A DNA stretch of 64,000 bases. Origin: Gemmatimonadales bacterium. GTDB taxonomy: Bacteria > Gemmatimonadota > Gemmatimonadetes > Gemmatimonadales > GWC2-71-9. Numbering within the stretch: position 1 is the stretch's first letter; every line of letters starts with the position of its first letter. The notes below the pieces were generated by a model. The model was not told the DNA's origin. It was given only the letters and a program-made list of their open reading frames with translations, and did no database searches. Below, in pieces: positions 1-9,262 of this stretch. The stretch is from NCBI GenBank assembly GCA_041577295.1, contig JBFGJG010000017.1, positions 1-64,000 on the forward strand. Direction: 5' to 3'. A program made the position numbers and the translations under genes.

Positions 1-1203
1 CCGGAAGATCTCCAGACGATCGAGGTCGATATTCGTCATGAAGATCTCATTGAGATTCTCGTTGTAGATCGCATCGGCGATCTTGCCACCGCGTGGCAGT
101 GCCCGTGTAATCCCGTTCACGACCAGAACAGTGTCGAGTGCGAACTGGGCGGCGGCTGCCGGAGCGCCCGCGGGTGCGCTCGAGGACGCAGAGGTACCCC
201 GGTTCCCCGCGCCGTCGACCGCGAAACCCGTAATGACTACGGACTGCGGCAGGGTCGCGAAATTGAAGCCGAGGGCAAACGTCCGCGTGATATCCGTCAG
301 ATTGCCATTGAACGACGCGGAATCACCGCCAATAATCGTCCCGCTGCCGAGCACCGTAGCGGTCCAACCGATGCGTGAGATGCCGCTGGGGTCGGTCGCG
401 TTCACGGTGACGGAATCATCCACCTCGACCCGAGGATCAACGGTCACGCGCACCGCTGGACCGGTATTGTCGTTGGCCGCCGACTGGATCGTGATGGTGA
501 CGGGGGTGCTGGTGGCACGCCGGCCCTCACCGTCCTCGCCGAATCCGGTGATCGTGAAATTCCCGGAGGTCAGGCCGGCGGGAACGGTAAGCGTGTCCTC
601 GAAGACCAGCGTATCCGGGAGCGGCGCCGTCGCAACGGTCGAGTCACCTGTGGTGAACGCGCCCGATACCGTGTAACCGGCCTTTGCCACACCCTCCGCC
701 TGGGTTGCGACCGCTCTCACTACCAGCTGCTTGCCGGCGGAGGTCACGGCACCATTGGTGGGGCTCGTCAGCCGAACGATCAGGGCCTGGTCATTGAGCA
801 GGAAGATCGAGTCGACCGCCTCCCCAGCGTTATCGTTGCCGTCCAGCACCGTGGCGGTGATGACAATAATCCCGCCTGCCGTGGTATTCGAGGGAAGGAC
901 GACTTGCAACGGGATCGCAACACTGGTGACGGCGGTACGGAACGTCGAATCGATGCGTGCGGTGAGACCGCCGGTTAGTTGGACGGAGAGATTCTTGAGT
1001 CCCAGGTTGTCCACCGCGTTCACGGTGAAGCCGATCCCCTGGGCGACCGTCGCGGTATCACTATCGGTTTGAATGGCGACAATGGGCGGTGTCTGGTCAC
1101 CGGCGATTGCACCGCCGATCCGCTGCTCGTTGCATGCCATGAATGCAACGAACGCGACGCAAGCGAGCGCCGCGCTAAAGCGGCGAATCTCACGTGGAAG
1201 CAT
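1..1203 (-). CDS. Large lipoprotein with tandem Ig-like domains (partial, runs off the window start; missing from the ORF track)
   Basis: Manual translation from ATG 1203 stays open to base 1: MLPREIRRFSAALACVAFVAFMAC (lipobox), DQTPP..AVDNLG, DNTGP..ATDPSG..AVDGAGN Ig-like repeats, then a possible beta-propeller start. It lies 27 nt downstream of pilQ. Confidence 0.85.
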   Translation of the reverse strand, partial: MLPREIRRFSAALACVAFVAFMACNEQRIGGAIAGDQTPPIVAIQTDSDTATVAQGIGFTVNAVDNLGLKNLSVQLTGGLTARIDSTFRTAVTSVAIPLQVVLPSNTTAGGIIVITATVLDGNDNAGEAVDSIFLLNDQALIVRLTSPTNGAVTSAGKQLVVRAVATQAEGVAKAGYTVSGAFTTGDSTVATAPLPDTLVFEDTLTVPAGLTSGNFTITGFGEDGEGRRATSTPVTITIQSAANDNTGPAVRVTVDPRVEVDDSVTVNATDPSGISRIGWTATVLGSGTIIGGDSASFNGNLTDITRTFALGFNFATLPQSVVITGFAVDGAGNRGTSASSSAPAGAPAAAAQFALDTVLVVNGITRALPRGGKIADAIYNENLNEIFMTNIDLDRLEIFR

Positions 1204-1230
1204 ATTGTTCGATCCGTCCTTCCCGCCTGT

Positions 1231-3024
1231 TTACAAGCCCGCGCGAGGGTTGTCGATGATGCGCGGCGTGACCAGCACGAGCAGATCCCGCCGAGTTTCC
1301 TGCCGTCTCGAGAAGCCGAACAAGCCCCCGATGATCGGCAGATCAACAAGGAACGGAATCCCGCTTCGCGATACCGTGACTTCCGTCACAGTCAGCCCGC
1401 CGATGACGGCTGTTTCACCGTCGTTGACGAGCACCTGGTTTTGCGCTTCCTGCGTTTGGAAAGTGAACCCGAGGTCCGCGGGTGCGGTCACGACTGACGA
1501 ATTCTCCGCCCGAATTTGCAGCAAGATTTGGCGGTTGTTGGTCACGTGAGGAGTGACCTCCAAACGGATACCGGTGGGAACGATCTGCGTCGTCGCGCGC
1601 GGCACGTTCTGTCCGCCGGCCTGCGGCGAGCTGACGTCGATCACGCGGATGGGCGTACGTTCACCATCGAGGATGAATGCACGTGTATTGTCCGCGGTCG
1701 TTATGAGGGGTTGCGCCTCGAGATCCGCGAGCTCGACGCGCTGCAACGCCTCGACGAACGTCGTGAGGTTGAAGTTACCAATGGCCGTCGAGTAGATCAG
1801 CTCGAGCGCGGGGTTGATGATCGTGGCATCCGCATTGGCGATCGCCGCGAGCGCGTTTCCGCCCAGGTCAACGATGTTCGTCTCCCGGTCGAAGAACTCT
1901 GTAGCGATCAATGCATCTGGCACGCCATCCCCGTCGGTGTCGATCGGTTCCGCCGAGGCCGGATCCGGTCGCTGGACGAGCTGGTTGAAGAATTGATCGG
2001 GACTCCCGAGATCGTAACGGACACCGAGCTCCTCAATGTCCGTACGGTCGACGAGAATGAGCTTGGCCTGGATCGAGACCTGCGGCGTGGCGATATCGAG
2101 CTGTGCCACGAACATGGAGTCCGATACCAGGCGGCTCTCGACATCGGTAATGATGATGCTGTTGGTGCTGGTATCTGCTTTCACGCGGCCACGCGAGGAT
2201 ACGACGAACTCGAGCGATTGCGCGAGCGCGGCCGCGTTCTGGTAGTTCACGGGAATGATCTTGGTACGCAGGGGCTCCAACGTATCGCGTGCAGCGAGAA
2301 CTTCACGGGAGTCGACGCTGATGATGTTGTTCTGCTCGACGGCCGTCAGCCCCTGGGACTCGAGAATGGCACGGAACGCCACGTCCCACGGCTGGTTCTT
2401 GACCTCTGCCGTGACGTAACCCCGAACGTCCTTGCCCAACAGGATGGTCTTGCCGCTGATCTCGGCGAAGCTCGACATCACGTCGGCGATAGCCGCAGAA
2501 TCGAACGAGGCAGTCACGGTCGGCTGTTGCTGCACCAGGGGTTGGAACGACGCGCGCGTCGGCGCGGGACCCGTAGCCGGTGGCGGGGCCGCAGGGGGAA
2601 CCAGATCGGCCGGGGAGGTCGACGACCACGCGGTGAAGTCCCGATCGGCACCGAAGGTGATGCGGATCGCCTCATCGGCGTACTCGAGTTCGTAGTCCCG
2701 CAATGTCTCCAACTCGATCACGATGCGCACGACATCGTCGCGGAACTGCGAGTAGCGGATGTTTTGGATCCCTCCCCGGTTGACGCCGTCGTAGGAGTCC
2801 CGCGGCACGCGCAACCGCGCACCGACTACGTCGATCACGAGACGGGGCGGATTGCGCAGCGTGAAGTCTTGCACGCTGACGCTGCCCGACACGTCGACGA
2901 CGACGTGGGCTCGTCCGACGCCGGGGAGTATGCTCACGGCAGTTACCTCGCCAGGCGCCTCGGTTAGGGCGCGCGGTGCGGCGAGGGCGAGTCCCGCGAG
3001 CGCGATCGTGAGGTACCGCTTCAT
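1231..3024 (-). CDS. pilQ: Type IV pilus secretin PilQ (AMIN, N domains, secretin)
   Basis: Signal peptide, AMIN motif (NPPRLVID, IRYSQF), C-terminal GIPFLVDLPIIGGLF...LLVLVTPRII; last gene of pilMNOPQ. Confidence 0.95.
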   Translation of the reverse strand: MKRYLTIALAGLALAAPRALTEAPGEVTAVSILPGVGRAHVVVDVSGSVSVQDFTLRNPPRLVIDVVGARLRVPRDSYDGVNRGGIQNIRYSQFRDDVVRIVIELETLRDYELEYADEAIRITFGADRDFTAWSSTSPADLVPPAAPPPATGPAPTRASFQPLVQQQPTVTASFDSAAIADVMSSFAEISGKTILLGKDVRGYVTAEVKNQPWDVAFRAILESQGLTAVEQNNIISVDSREVLAARDTLEPLRTKIIPVNYQNAAALAQSLEFVVSSRGRVKADTSTNSIIITDVESRLVSDSMFVAQLDIATPQVSIQAKLILVDRTDIEELGVRYDLGSPDQFFNQLVQRPDPASAEPIDTDGDGVPDALIATEFFDRETNIVDLGGNALAAIANADATIINPALELIYSTAIGNFNLTTFVEALQRVELADLEAQPLITTADNTRAFILDGERTPIRVIDVSSPQAGGQNVPRATTQIVPTGIRLEVTPHVTNNRQILLQIRAENSSVVTAPADLGFTFQTQEAQNQVLVNDGETAVIGGLTVTEVTVSRSGIPFLVDLPIIGGLFGFSRRQETRRDLLVLVTPRIIDNPRAGL

Positions 3025-3542
3025 GGTTGACCCTCCTGCCTACGCCGCTGCGTGAGCACCACCTGGCGCTCCTGGCCAAACTCGTCCACGACGACGACGA
3101 CTTCCCGCGGGCGGATCTCGACGACGCGCAGCCGACCCAACTCGTCTCCGACCCGCACCGTGTACCTCCGGTTGACCGTCGTGTCGCGGAGCACCGCGAC
3201 GCTATTGCTCGGGAATTGTGCGTTGTATGTGATGGTGGTTACCCGGAGATCTTGCAGCAGGGGCCGCACGTCTCCGGAGCGAAGCAATGACATGAACGGA
3301 TCGCGGCCGGAGCCACGATACGCGAACACCTCTCGCACCAGCTGCTCCTGCCGCGGCTGCTGCGCGGCCGGATCCTGCACCAGCGGTGTCTCGAGGGCGA
3401 TCCCTGTGTCGGCGAGCGCCGTCTCACCCCCCATGGCCGGTTGAGCCGGCGTGCCGGGGGCAGGCGTATCCTCGGCTGCGCCGCACGCGCCCGCCGCCAA
3501 CACCACGAGAAGCGTCGCGAACGAGGCTCTACAGCCCGGCAA
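3021..3542 (-). CDS. pilP: PilP-like lipoprotein
   Basis: Lipobox AGAC, YxxxGRDPF motif, position between pilO and pilQ. Start uncertain. Confidence 0.75.
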   Translation of the reverse strand: MPGCRASFATLLVVLAAGACGAAEDTPAPGTPAQPAMGGETALADTGIALETPLVQDPAAQQPRQEQLVREVFAYRGSGRDPFMSLLRSGDVRPLLQDLRVTTITYNAQFPSNSVAVLRDTTVNRRYTVRVGDELGRLRVVEIRPREVVVVVDEFGQERQVVLTQRRRQEGQP

Positions 3543-4134
3543 GGGAATCTCCGCGTGCTTGGGGCTTTACGAATGTGCGCAGTTGGAACTGCGCTTCGAG
3601 CAGAGCACCCGAAGTATCAGCGTAAGCTTGCTGCGCTGTCTGGCTCGCCGGATTTACCGATATGTTGTACGGCACCATGATGCGCTGCAATGAGGCAATG
3701 TCGGCGAGAAACTCTCCGATCTGATCGTAGTGTCCGTACACCGCGAACCGGTAGCGCCGAATCTCGAACGGAACGGTGGGTTCAGGCGGCTGCGGCTGAA
3801 TCTGCCCTATCTCCACTCCGCGCCGGCGCGCCCGCGAGGCAACGTCATCGATCAGGCTAGGAACCTCTGCGCCGGACGGCACGAGCTCTCTCATGAGCGA
3901 CAAACCAGCCTCGTAATCGGTAACCCTTCGCCGCAGATCTTCCACGGTTCCGCGTGCGAGGTCTTGACGCGCCGAATCCACCATGGCCCGAAGGGAATCC
4001 ACCTGTCGCTGGAGTTCCTGCGCCTCCTGGAGTTTGGGTTCGCGCCAATAGAACCAGAACGCCGCGGCCCCACCCAAGGCGAGGATGATTGCAAGCGCGA
4101 GTAGCTGCTGTCGTTCCCGTTGCGAGAGTGCCAT
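3529..4134 (-). CDS. pilO: Type IVa pilus alignment protein PilO
   Basis: Single TM plus coiled coil, EVPSLI, GHYDQIGEFLADIASLQRI. Confidence 0.9.
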   Translation of the reverse strand: MALSQRERQQLLALAIILALGGAAAFWFYWREPKLQEAQELQRQVDSLRAMVDSARQDLARGTVEDLRRRVTDYEAGLSLMRELVPSGAEVPSLIDDVASRARRRGVEIGQIQPQPPEPTVPFEIRRYRFAVYGHYDQIGEFLADIASLQRIMVPYNISVNPASQTAQQAYADTSGALLEAQFQLRTFVKPQARGDSLAGL

Positions 4135-4149
4135 CGAGTTCCTCGAATG

Positions 4150-4821
4150 CTACCGCACTGATTCCCCAACGGGGACCGTGCGGATATACGCCGAATCTGC
4201 TGACCGGAATTGGGCGCGAATGGTAAATGCCGTGATCGGTTTTGCGTCTTCAACCACCGTCTGGGTGGCACCGGGAATCACGTTGGTAATCCACGGGGAA
4301 TCCCCCAACTGACGTAGGAACCGCGTGTACGCGCCGATGTCTGGGGTGCGCCCCTCGATCTCGAACTGCACCGGAGGTTCGGCCGCCAAGGTGTCGCCCT
4401 GTACGGGTGGCGGTGCCGGCGTGAACTCGAGCCCCACCAGCCAGGTGAAGTCAGGTAACGCTTTGGTGACCTCCTCCATGATGTGCGGCCACACATAGCG
4501 GTCTGCATCGATCCGGCGGATGGACTGCAGCTCGGCCAACAGCGAGTCACGCAGCCGTTCTGCACGTCGCTTCTGCGCCATGAGCGCACGGAACCGCCGT
4601 GCCTCCGTCTCCACCGTGTTGAACTCAGTCTGGAGATTCGACAGACGCGCGTTTTGCGTCACGAAGACGAAGCCGACCGCCGCAAGCACCAACACCCAGG
4701 CGCCAATTGCCCCGACCATGAGCGGATCGCGGACACCCTTCAGAACATCGCCAAACTCCGGAAGGCTGACGCCGGCTCCGCGCTTTTTCCGTTGTGTCGG
4801 AAGAAGATTGATCTCGATCAT
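4150..4821 (-). CDS. pilN: Type IVa pilus alignment protein PilN
   Basis: N-terminal IEINLLP motif, TM, coiled coil, LPDFTWL. Confidence 0.92.
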   Translation of the reverse strand: MIEINLLPTQRKKRGAGVSLPEFGDVLKGVRDPLMVGAIGAWVLVLAAVGFVFVTQNARLSNLQTEFNTVETEARRFRALMAQKRRAERLRDSLLAELQSIRRIDADRYVWPHIMEEVTKALPDFTWLVGLEFTPAPPPVQGDTLAAEPPVQFEIEGRTPDIGAYTRFLRQLGDSPWITNVIPGATQTVVEDAKPITAFTIRAQFRSADSAYIRTVPVGESVR

Positions 4822-4837
4822 TGGGCGCGGTTGCTCC

Positions 4838-5884
4838 TCAGGACCGGCGCAACGCGAGGCCGGTGGCCAACATCAGGAGCGGGGCCACCTCATCCACGTT
4901 GATGGTATCGAACACACCCTCGCCCACGGCGAGGCGCTGAATCGGGCTAGCAATCTCGACCGGGAGCCGCATGCGCTGACTGAGCACTTCGGTAAGCCCC
5001 GGAACGCGAGCACCACCCCCCGAGCAGTAGACGCGCTGAATGCTGCCGGCGTCGCGGCTGGCGGACTGGAGAAACGCTCCCGCGCGCTCGAGGCCGACAG
5101 CGATCTCCTCACCGCGTGCTTGAATGTACGGGTCGAGCTCGGGCGTCCTTTCAAACCCCTGGAGCATTCCGTCGGCGTCCTCAGCTGACAGGCCGCGCTC
5201 GCGTTGGAGGTCCTCGCGGAACTTGCGCGTTCCCACACTCAAGTCCCGGGTGAGCAGCGGAACACCATCCTGAAGGATATTCACGTTGGTGAGCTCGTGA
5301 CCGATGTTGAGCAACGCCACGACGCCACGCATGGCTTCCGGATAATTCACCTCGAACGCGTTGTGCAGTGCAAAGGCGTCGACGTCCACGATCTCTGGCT
5401 CGAGACCCGCTTGCGAGAGCAGCTGTACTTTATCCTCGACGAGCTCGCGCTTGGCCGCCACGAGCAAAACTTCCATCTGGAGCCCTTCGTCCTCTGGATC
5501 TAGGATCTGGAAATCGAGCTCCACCGCCTCGATGTCGAACGGGACGTGCTGCTGCGCTTCCCACCGCACGACTTCGTAGGCGTCGCTTTCCTTCATGCGG
5601 TCGACCTGGATCTTCTTGATAATCACATCGCGTCCGCCCACGGCGACCACCACACGCTTTTTCTTGATGCCAGCCGTCTTGAACAAGCCTTGGATCGTAT
5701 CGGATACGATGCCGGGATCCATGATCTCGCCTTCCACGATGGCATCGGCGAGCACCGGCGTCACGGCGACACGGCTGAGCATGGGTTCGAATCGGGAATG
5801 ATCGACTGCGACGAGCTTTATGAGGCCGCTTCCGACGTCGAGTGCGACAGTCGTCTTGGACTTCCCGAACCCGAAAAGTGCCAT
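4838..5884 (-). CDS. pilM: Type IVa pilus assembly protein PilM
   Basis: Actin-like fold motifs DVGS..IK, HVPFDI, LLVAAK, DVDAFAL, SGGGA, GLALR. Confidence 0.95.
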   Translation of the reverse strand: MALFGFGKSKTTVALDVGSGLIKLVAVDHSRFEPMLSRVAVTPVLADAIVEGEIMDPGIVSDTIQGLFKTAGIKKKRVVVAVGGRDVIIKKIQVDRMKESDAYEVVRWEAQQHVPFDIEAVELDFQILDPEDEGLQMEVLLVAAKRELVEDKVQLLSQAGLEPEIVDVDAFALHNAFEVNYPEAMRGVVALLNIGHELTNVNILQDGVPLLTRDLSVGTRKFREDLQRERGLSAEDADGMLQGFERTPELDPYIQARGEEIAVGLERAGAFLQSASRDAGSIQRVYCSGGGARVPGLTEVLSQRMRLPVEIASPIQRLAVGEGVFDTINVDEVAPLLMLATGLALRRS

Positions 5885-5928
5885 ATCTACCTACGGATTA
5901 ACGAGATAAGTGGGGTGAACGGCTTCCT

Positions 5929-5957
5929 ACAGTACCGCTCACCCCATTTTTTGTCAA
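5929..5957 (-). promoter_or_regulatory. Sigma70-type promoter of pilMNOPQ
   Basis: Minus strand TTGACA (5957-5952), 17-nt spacer, TACTGT (5934-5929). Confidence 0.7.
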
Positions 5958-6002
5958 GCTTCTAAGGTACTTTAAGCCTAGCTTGGCAACCCTAGATCAA
6001 AC

Positions 6003-6018
6003 TGTGACTTACGTCACT
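6003..6018. promoter_or_regulatory. CRP/FNR-family-like operator
   Basis: TGTGA-cttacg-TCACT, a 9/10 match to TGTGA-N6-TCACA, upstream of the pilM promoter. Confidence 0.5.
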
Positions 6019-6027
6019 TCACGGGGT

Positions 6028-7149
6028 TCAATACAGGTTGATCCAGCTCCGTTCGCTCATGAGGAAACCCGGCGCCGTGTTGATTAGGGCCTTGGCAACG
6101 GCGCAACTAGAGTAATTCACGACCGCGTTGCCCAGAACGGTGTTTTGCTCGAGGTCGACGTTCGCCGCAATGACTCCGCCGTTGAAGTGACCACCCGTAC
6201 CCGTCGTCTTGAGCGTGCCCCTGACGACCACTGGGCCATAAAACCGGAAGTTTCCTTGGACCGACAAATTGCCATTGACAAGTAGCACACCCTGACCCTG
6301 CACGCCGTTGACCGTTAGATCACCGTTCGAGTAGATGATCGGAAAGTAGTTCGCGCACGGCGCGCTCGGATTCTCCGGATCGCCCCAATTGTTCGGATCA
6401 GAGGTGTCGCACGAACTGCCGATCAGCGACGGTTGGATCTTTCGGTTCCCGCCGTAGATCAACTTGTTCGCCATCGTGGCTAGCTCGTCAAATTCGTAGT
6501 CCCCAAAGGTCGTCATCGTCGAGTCGTTGATCGTTGGATCTTCTTGGATCTTTGGATCACCGTCGACGCACGATAACCCACCACACCCGGAGGTCGTGAT
6601 GTCGTCTGCGTCCGGTATGGAAATACCCGGCTTGGCCGGCTCAGAGGGGTCACAACTCCACCCAGAGGGCGGCACATCGTTTCCGTTGATATACGCAGAA
6701 CCACCGATCTTGAGCTTGCCCTGCGTTTGCAACGCCGCGTCGATCTCGATCTCGAGCGGCCGCACGCGCACCATCAGCCCAGTGTGGTGACGTGACACAC
6801 TATCGGGACTGAACCCTTCCGTTCGTACGAGATACAGGAGGTCGTTCAGTCTCATGACGGTCCCGCGATACCAACCCGCGCCGCCGCTGAGCGTTCCGTT
6901 GAAGGCAACGCTGTCGCCAACGGACAGCTGGCTGTGCGCACCGGGACCCCAATTTGCCACCTGCAACTGCGCTCCCTCTTGGGCGGCTGAGAATGCTTGC
7001 TGATGTTTGACGGTATTGAAACCGACTTTTTGCTCTTGCATGCCGACGAAGAACGCTCCACCCACCAGTCCCCCGATAACCACGAGCGCAAATACCGCTA
7101 CCGCTAGGGCGACACCTTTTTCATTGCGTAACCTGGCTTTCATTTCCAC
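6028..7149 (-). CDS. PilX-like minor pilin with a large C-terminal beta-solenoid-like domain (cassette 1)
   Basis: NEKG/VALAVAV prepilin lacking E5, AFSAAQEG, Cys pairs, repetitive GDLTVNG/GNLSVQG/GTLKTTG C-terminus. Alternative start 7143. Confidence 0.8.
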   Translation of the reverse strand: MEMKARLRNEKGVALAVAVFALVVIGGLVGGAFFVGMQEQKVGFNTVKHQQAFSAAQEGAQLQVANWGPGAHSQLSVGDSVAFNGTLSGGAGWYRGTVMRLNDLLYLVRTEGFSPDSVSRHHTGLMVRVRPLEIEIDAALQTQGKLKIGGSAYINGNDVPPSGWSCDPSEPAKPGISIPDADDITTSGCGGLSCVDGDPKIQEDPTINDSTMTTFGDYEFDELATMANKLIYGGNRKIQPSLIGSSCDTSDPNNWGDPENPSAPCANYFPIIYSNGDLTVNGVQGQGVLLVNGNLSVQGNFRFYGPVVVRGTLKTTGTGGHFNGGVIAANVDLEQNTVLGNAVVNYSSCAVAKALINTAPGFLMSERSWINLY

Positions 7150-7171
7150 CTCAAACCTTTTTCTCGCTGTC

Positions 7172-8107
7172 CTAGCGGGTATTGTTCCTGAGCGCCACGT
7201 GCGTCGTCAGCGTATCCACTACGTAGCGGATGTCGCCAAACGTGCTCTTCACGGGCTCGTTCGTCCTTCCAATCACCTGGATCCCGACCCTGGCTACGGC
7301 ACTGCGATTCGTGGTTGCGACGCCATTCGCGTCGAAATACGTGAACCGAAGCCCGCCATTCGCGATGGGGCCAAGGACCGGTTGAACGTCCCCCCACCCA
7401 CCGGACTTGCCAAAAACACGGGAACCCATCCAGAAAGCGCCAGCGAGATCGGGATACGTGAACAACTGGACGACCTCGAAGCTCCGGAGTGGGGCCCCCT
7501 CCTCGACGCCGGCGAGCGAACCAACCGGATACACGTTATCCAGAGTGACGGTCAGACTCGGAGCGCTCATCGGACAGGCGGTCCCGGTCGCGACAGTTCC
7601 CGAAACATTGGCGTGTACCCAATAATCATCGAATCGCGTGGATGGATCGTTTTCCGCGAAGATCAAGATGGAATCGCGATTCGAATCTATTCCACGCAGT
7701 CCGTAACTCGGGTTGCGCCACAAGACAACGGTTCCGGTGGCGCCTGCGCTGATGGGAGGTTGGCAGACAAAGAACAGGTTGCGCATCGCCTTGTAAGTAA
7801 CGAGCGTGTCTCCCAGTGTCACGATGTCGCTGTCCACGGTGTCCGCCGCGTTCAACTCCAGCAGCTCGGAGGGCACCATTGCCACCGCGGCGCGGACGTT
7901 CCCCTGCAAATCGACGCGTTCCGTTTGGACTCGGTAGACCCGTTGATTGCTCAACAGCACCTGGTAGACCGACCCGGCCACCAACCCTGTCAATACCAGC
8001 CCGATCAACAACTCAATCAAGGTGAACCCACTCGCCGCCCTACCCTTCCGTGCGGAATGGGCGGGGTTGGCAGGATGGCTGATCAGTTCTGGTGCTCGCC
8101 TCCGCAT
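7172..8107 (-). CDS. PilW-like minor pilin (cassette 1)
   Basis: G/FTLIELLI prepilin motif, ends THVALRN. Start moved from 8248 to ATG 8107 to avoid overlap with the upstream gene. Confidence 0.82.
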   Translation of the reverse strand: MRRRAPELISHPANPAHSARKGRAASGFTLIELLIGLVLTGLVAGSVYQVLLSNQRVYRVQTERVDLQGNVRAAVAMVPSELLELNAADTVDSDIVTLGDTLVTYKAMRNLFFVCQPPISAGATGTVVLWRNPSYGLRGIDSNRDSILIFAENDPSTRFDDYWVHANVSGTVATGTACPMSAPSLTVTLDNVYPVGSLAGVEEGAPLRSFEVVQLFTYPDLAGAFWMGSRVFGKSGGWGDVQPVLGPIANGGLRFTYFDANGVATTNRSAVARVGIQVIGRTNEPVKSTFGDIRYVVDTLTTHVALRNNTR

Positions 8108-8133
8108 ATGCTTCCGTTCCCTCTTCCCCGTGC

Positions 8134-8481
8134 TCAACACGGGATCGTCGTCGCAAAAGTGTCCGCCCGCATACCACGGGGGGTTGGAGACTGCACGATC
8201 ATCGACACGCGCCGCGCCCGCCCACTCGCCACATCCTGCACCGTCCACGTCGCAACAAAACGCCCCTCGTATGCGCTGCCACTCGTCAACGTCGTGCAGT
8301 CACCACTGCGCAACATCTCGAACCGCTGCCCCGCCATGGCACTGGCCTCGCTGAAGCGATGCCCTTGTCCGATCATGCGCGTCGTCACCGCCGCTGTCGC
8401 CGCCAACCCCAGCACACCAATCGACAAGACGAGCACGGCTATGAGCACCTCGACCACCGTAAAGCCTCGCCTGTTCTTCAT
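8134..8481 (-). CDS. PilV-like minor pilin (cassette 1)
   Basis: RRG/FTVVEVLIAVLVLSIGVLGLA, the PilV signature. Confidence 0.85.
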   Translation of the reverse strand: MKNRRGFTVVEVLIAVLVLSIGVLGLAATAAVTTRMIGQGHRFSEASAMAGQRFEMLRSGDCTTLTSGSAYEGRFVATWTVQDVASGRARRVSMIVQSPTPRGMRADTFATTIPC

Positions 8482-8915
8482 CGCAACACCCTCCCAGCCG
8501 CGGAAACCACGATGGTGTCCGAATAGCTTCCCTTGCTCACCACGATGGTCGTATTGCCGGATTGCATTCCAAGGCCACGTGGGTCGAAGATCAATGAATC
8601 CTGCGTCGCCCAGACGCTCGCGCCGTACCGCCGGCCCAGACTTTCCGGAACTCCGACAGTGTCAACCGCACCGGTAACGGGGTGCCGTGAACGAATCACT
8701 AGGTTGCCGCCGCTCAGCATCAATACCGTGGGACTGCCCCGCTGCACTGCTGCGGCCTTCGCTTTCGCCACCAGACCGGCGACCGCGCTGTGAGCCGAGC
8801 GCATGCTCTGCTTTGTCATGCTCTGGCCGATGCGGGGGACCGACAGGCCAACGAGCGCCCCAATGATCACCAAGGCGATGACGAGTTCCGAAATCGTGAG
8901 ACCCCTGCGATTCAA
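8478..8915 (-). CDS. FimT/FimU(GspH)-like minor pilin (cassette 1)
   Basis: RRG/LTISELVI, AKAAAV, FDPRG, GRV; ATGA overlap with the PilV-like gene. Confidence 0.82.
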   Translation of the reverse strand: MNRRGLTISELVIALVIIGALVGLSVPRIGQSMTKQSMRSAHSAVAGLVAKAKAAAVQRGSPTVLMLSGGNLVIRSRHPVTGAVDTVGVPESLGRRYGASVWATQDSLIFDPRGLGMQSGNTTIVVSKGSYSDTIVVSAAGRVLR

Positions 8916-8985
8916 TCGACTGCCTTCCGATTACCGATCCGTACGGACCCGCCGCCCAGTGCGGCGGGACCGCCTGCAGATCACA

Positions 8986-9000
8986 ACAAGAACGATACCA
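8986..9000 (-). promoter_or_regulatory. Putative sigma54 (-24/-12) promoter of minor pilin cassette 1
   Basis: Minus strand TGGTATCGTTCTTGT (GG-N10-GT variant), next to an AT-rich IHF-like tract at 9007-9031. Confidence 0.5.
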
Positions 9001-9180
9001 TACTACTAAGTGATTACATTACAATACTTTACGAGTTTGGGGGCTCGCGGCGTTGGCGCAAGGTCCTGCACGAAGCGCAGCAATTTGCATTTGAGCCCGG
9101 CATTCCTTAATCACATATCGGCCAGCGCCTCCTGAACCTTATCGAAAGCCACCCGGAGGGTCCGTGACGGGTGTAACAGT

Positions 9181-9214
9181 GAGCCCCAATCGCCGCACAG
9201 CACGACTGGGGCTC
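9181..9214 (-). terminator. Hairpin downstream of the polyproline lipoprotein gene
   Basis: GAGCCCCA...TGGGGCTC inverted repeat with no clear U-tract. Confidence 0.4.
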
Positions 9215-9262
9215 GAGGACCGGGCGTTGTTTGTCTCAGCCCGGGCCGATGTTGCGGCTAGT

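Noticed and set aside
83..1549. Several plus-strand ORFs at the window start
   Set aside because: Explained by the minus-strand lipoprotein at 1-1203 and by pilQ.
1516..2967. 483-aa plus-strand ORF
   Set aside because: Antisense shadow of pilQ, typical of high-GC DNA, with no recognisable motifs.
7007..8677. 556-aa plus-strand ORF
   Set aside because: Antisense to four clear prepilin genes, with no protein-like signal.
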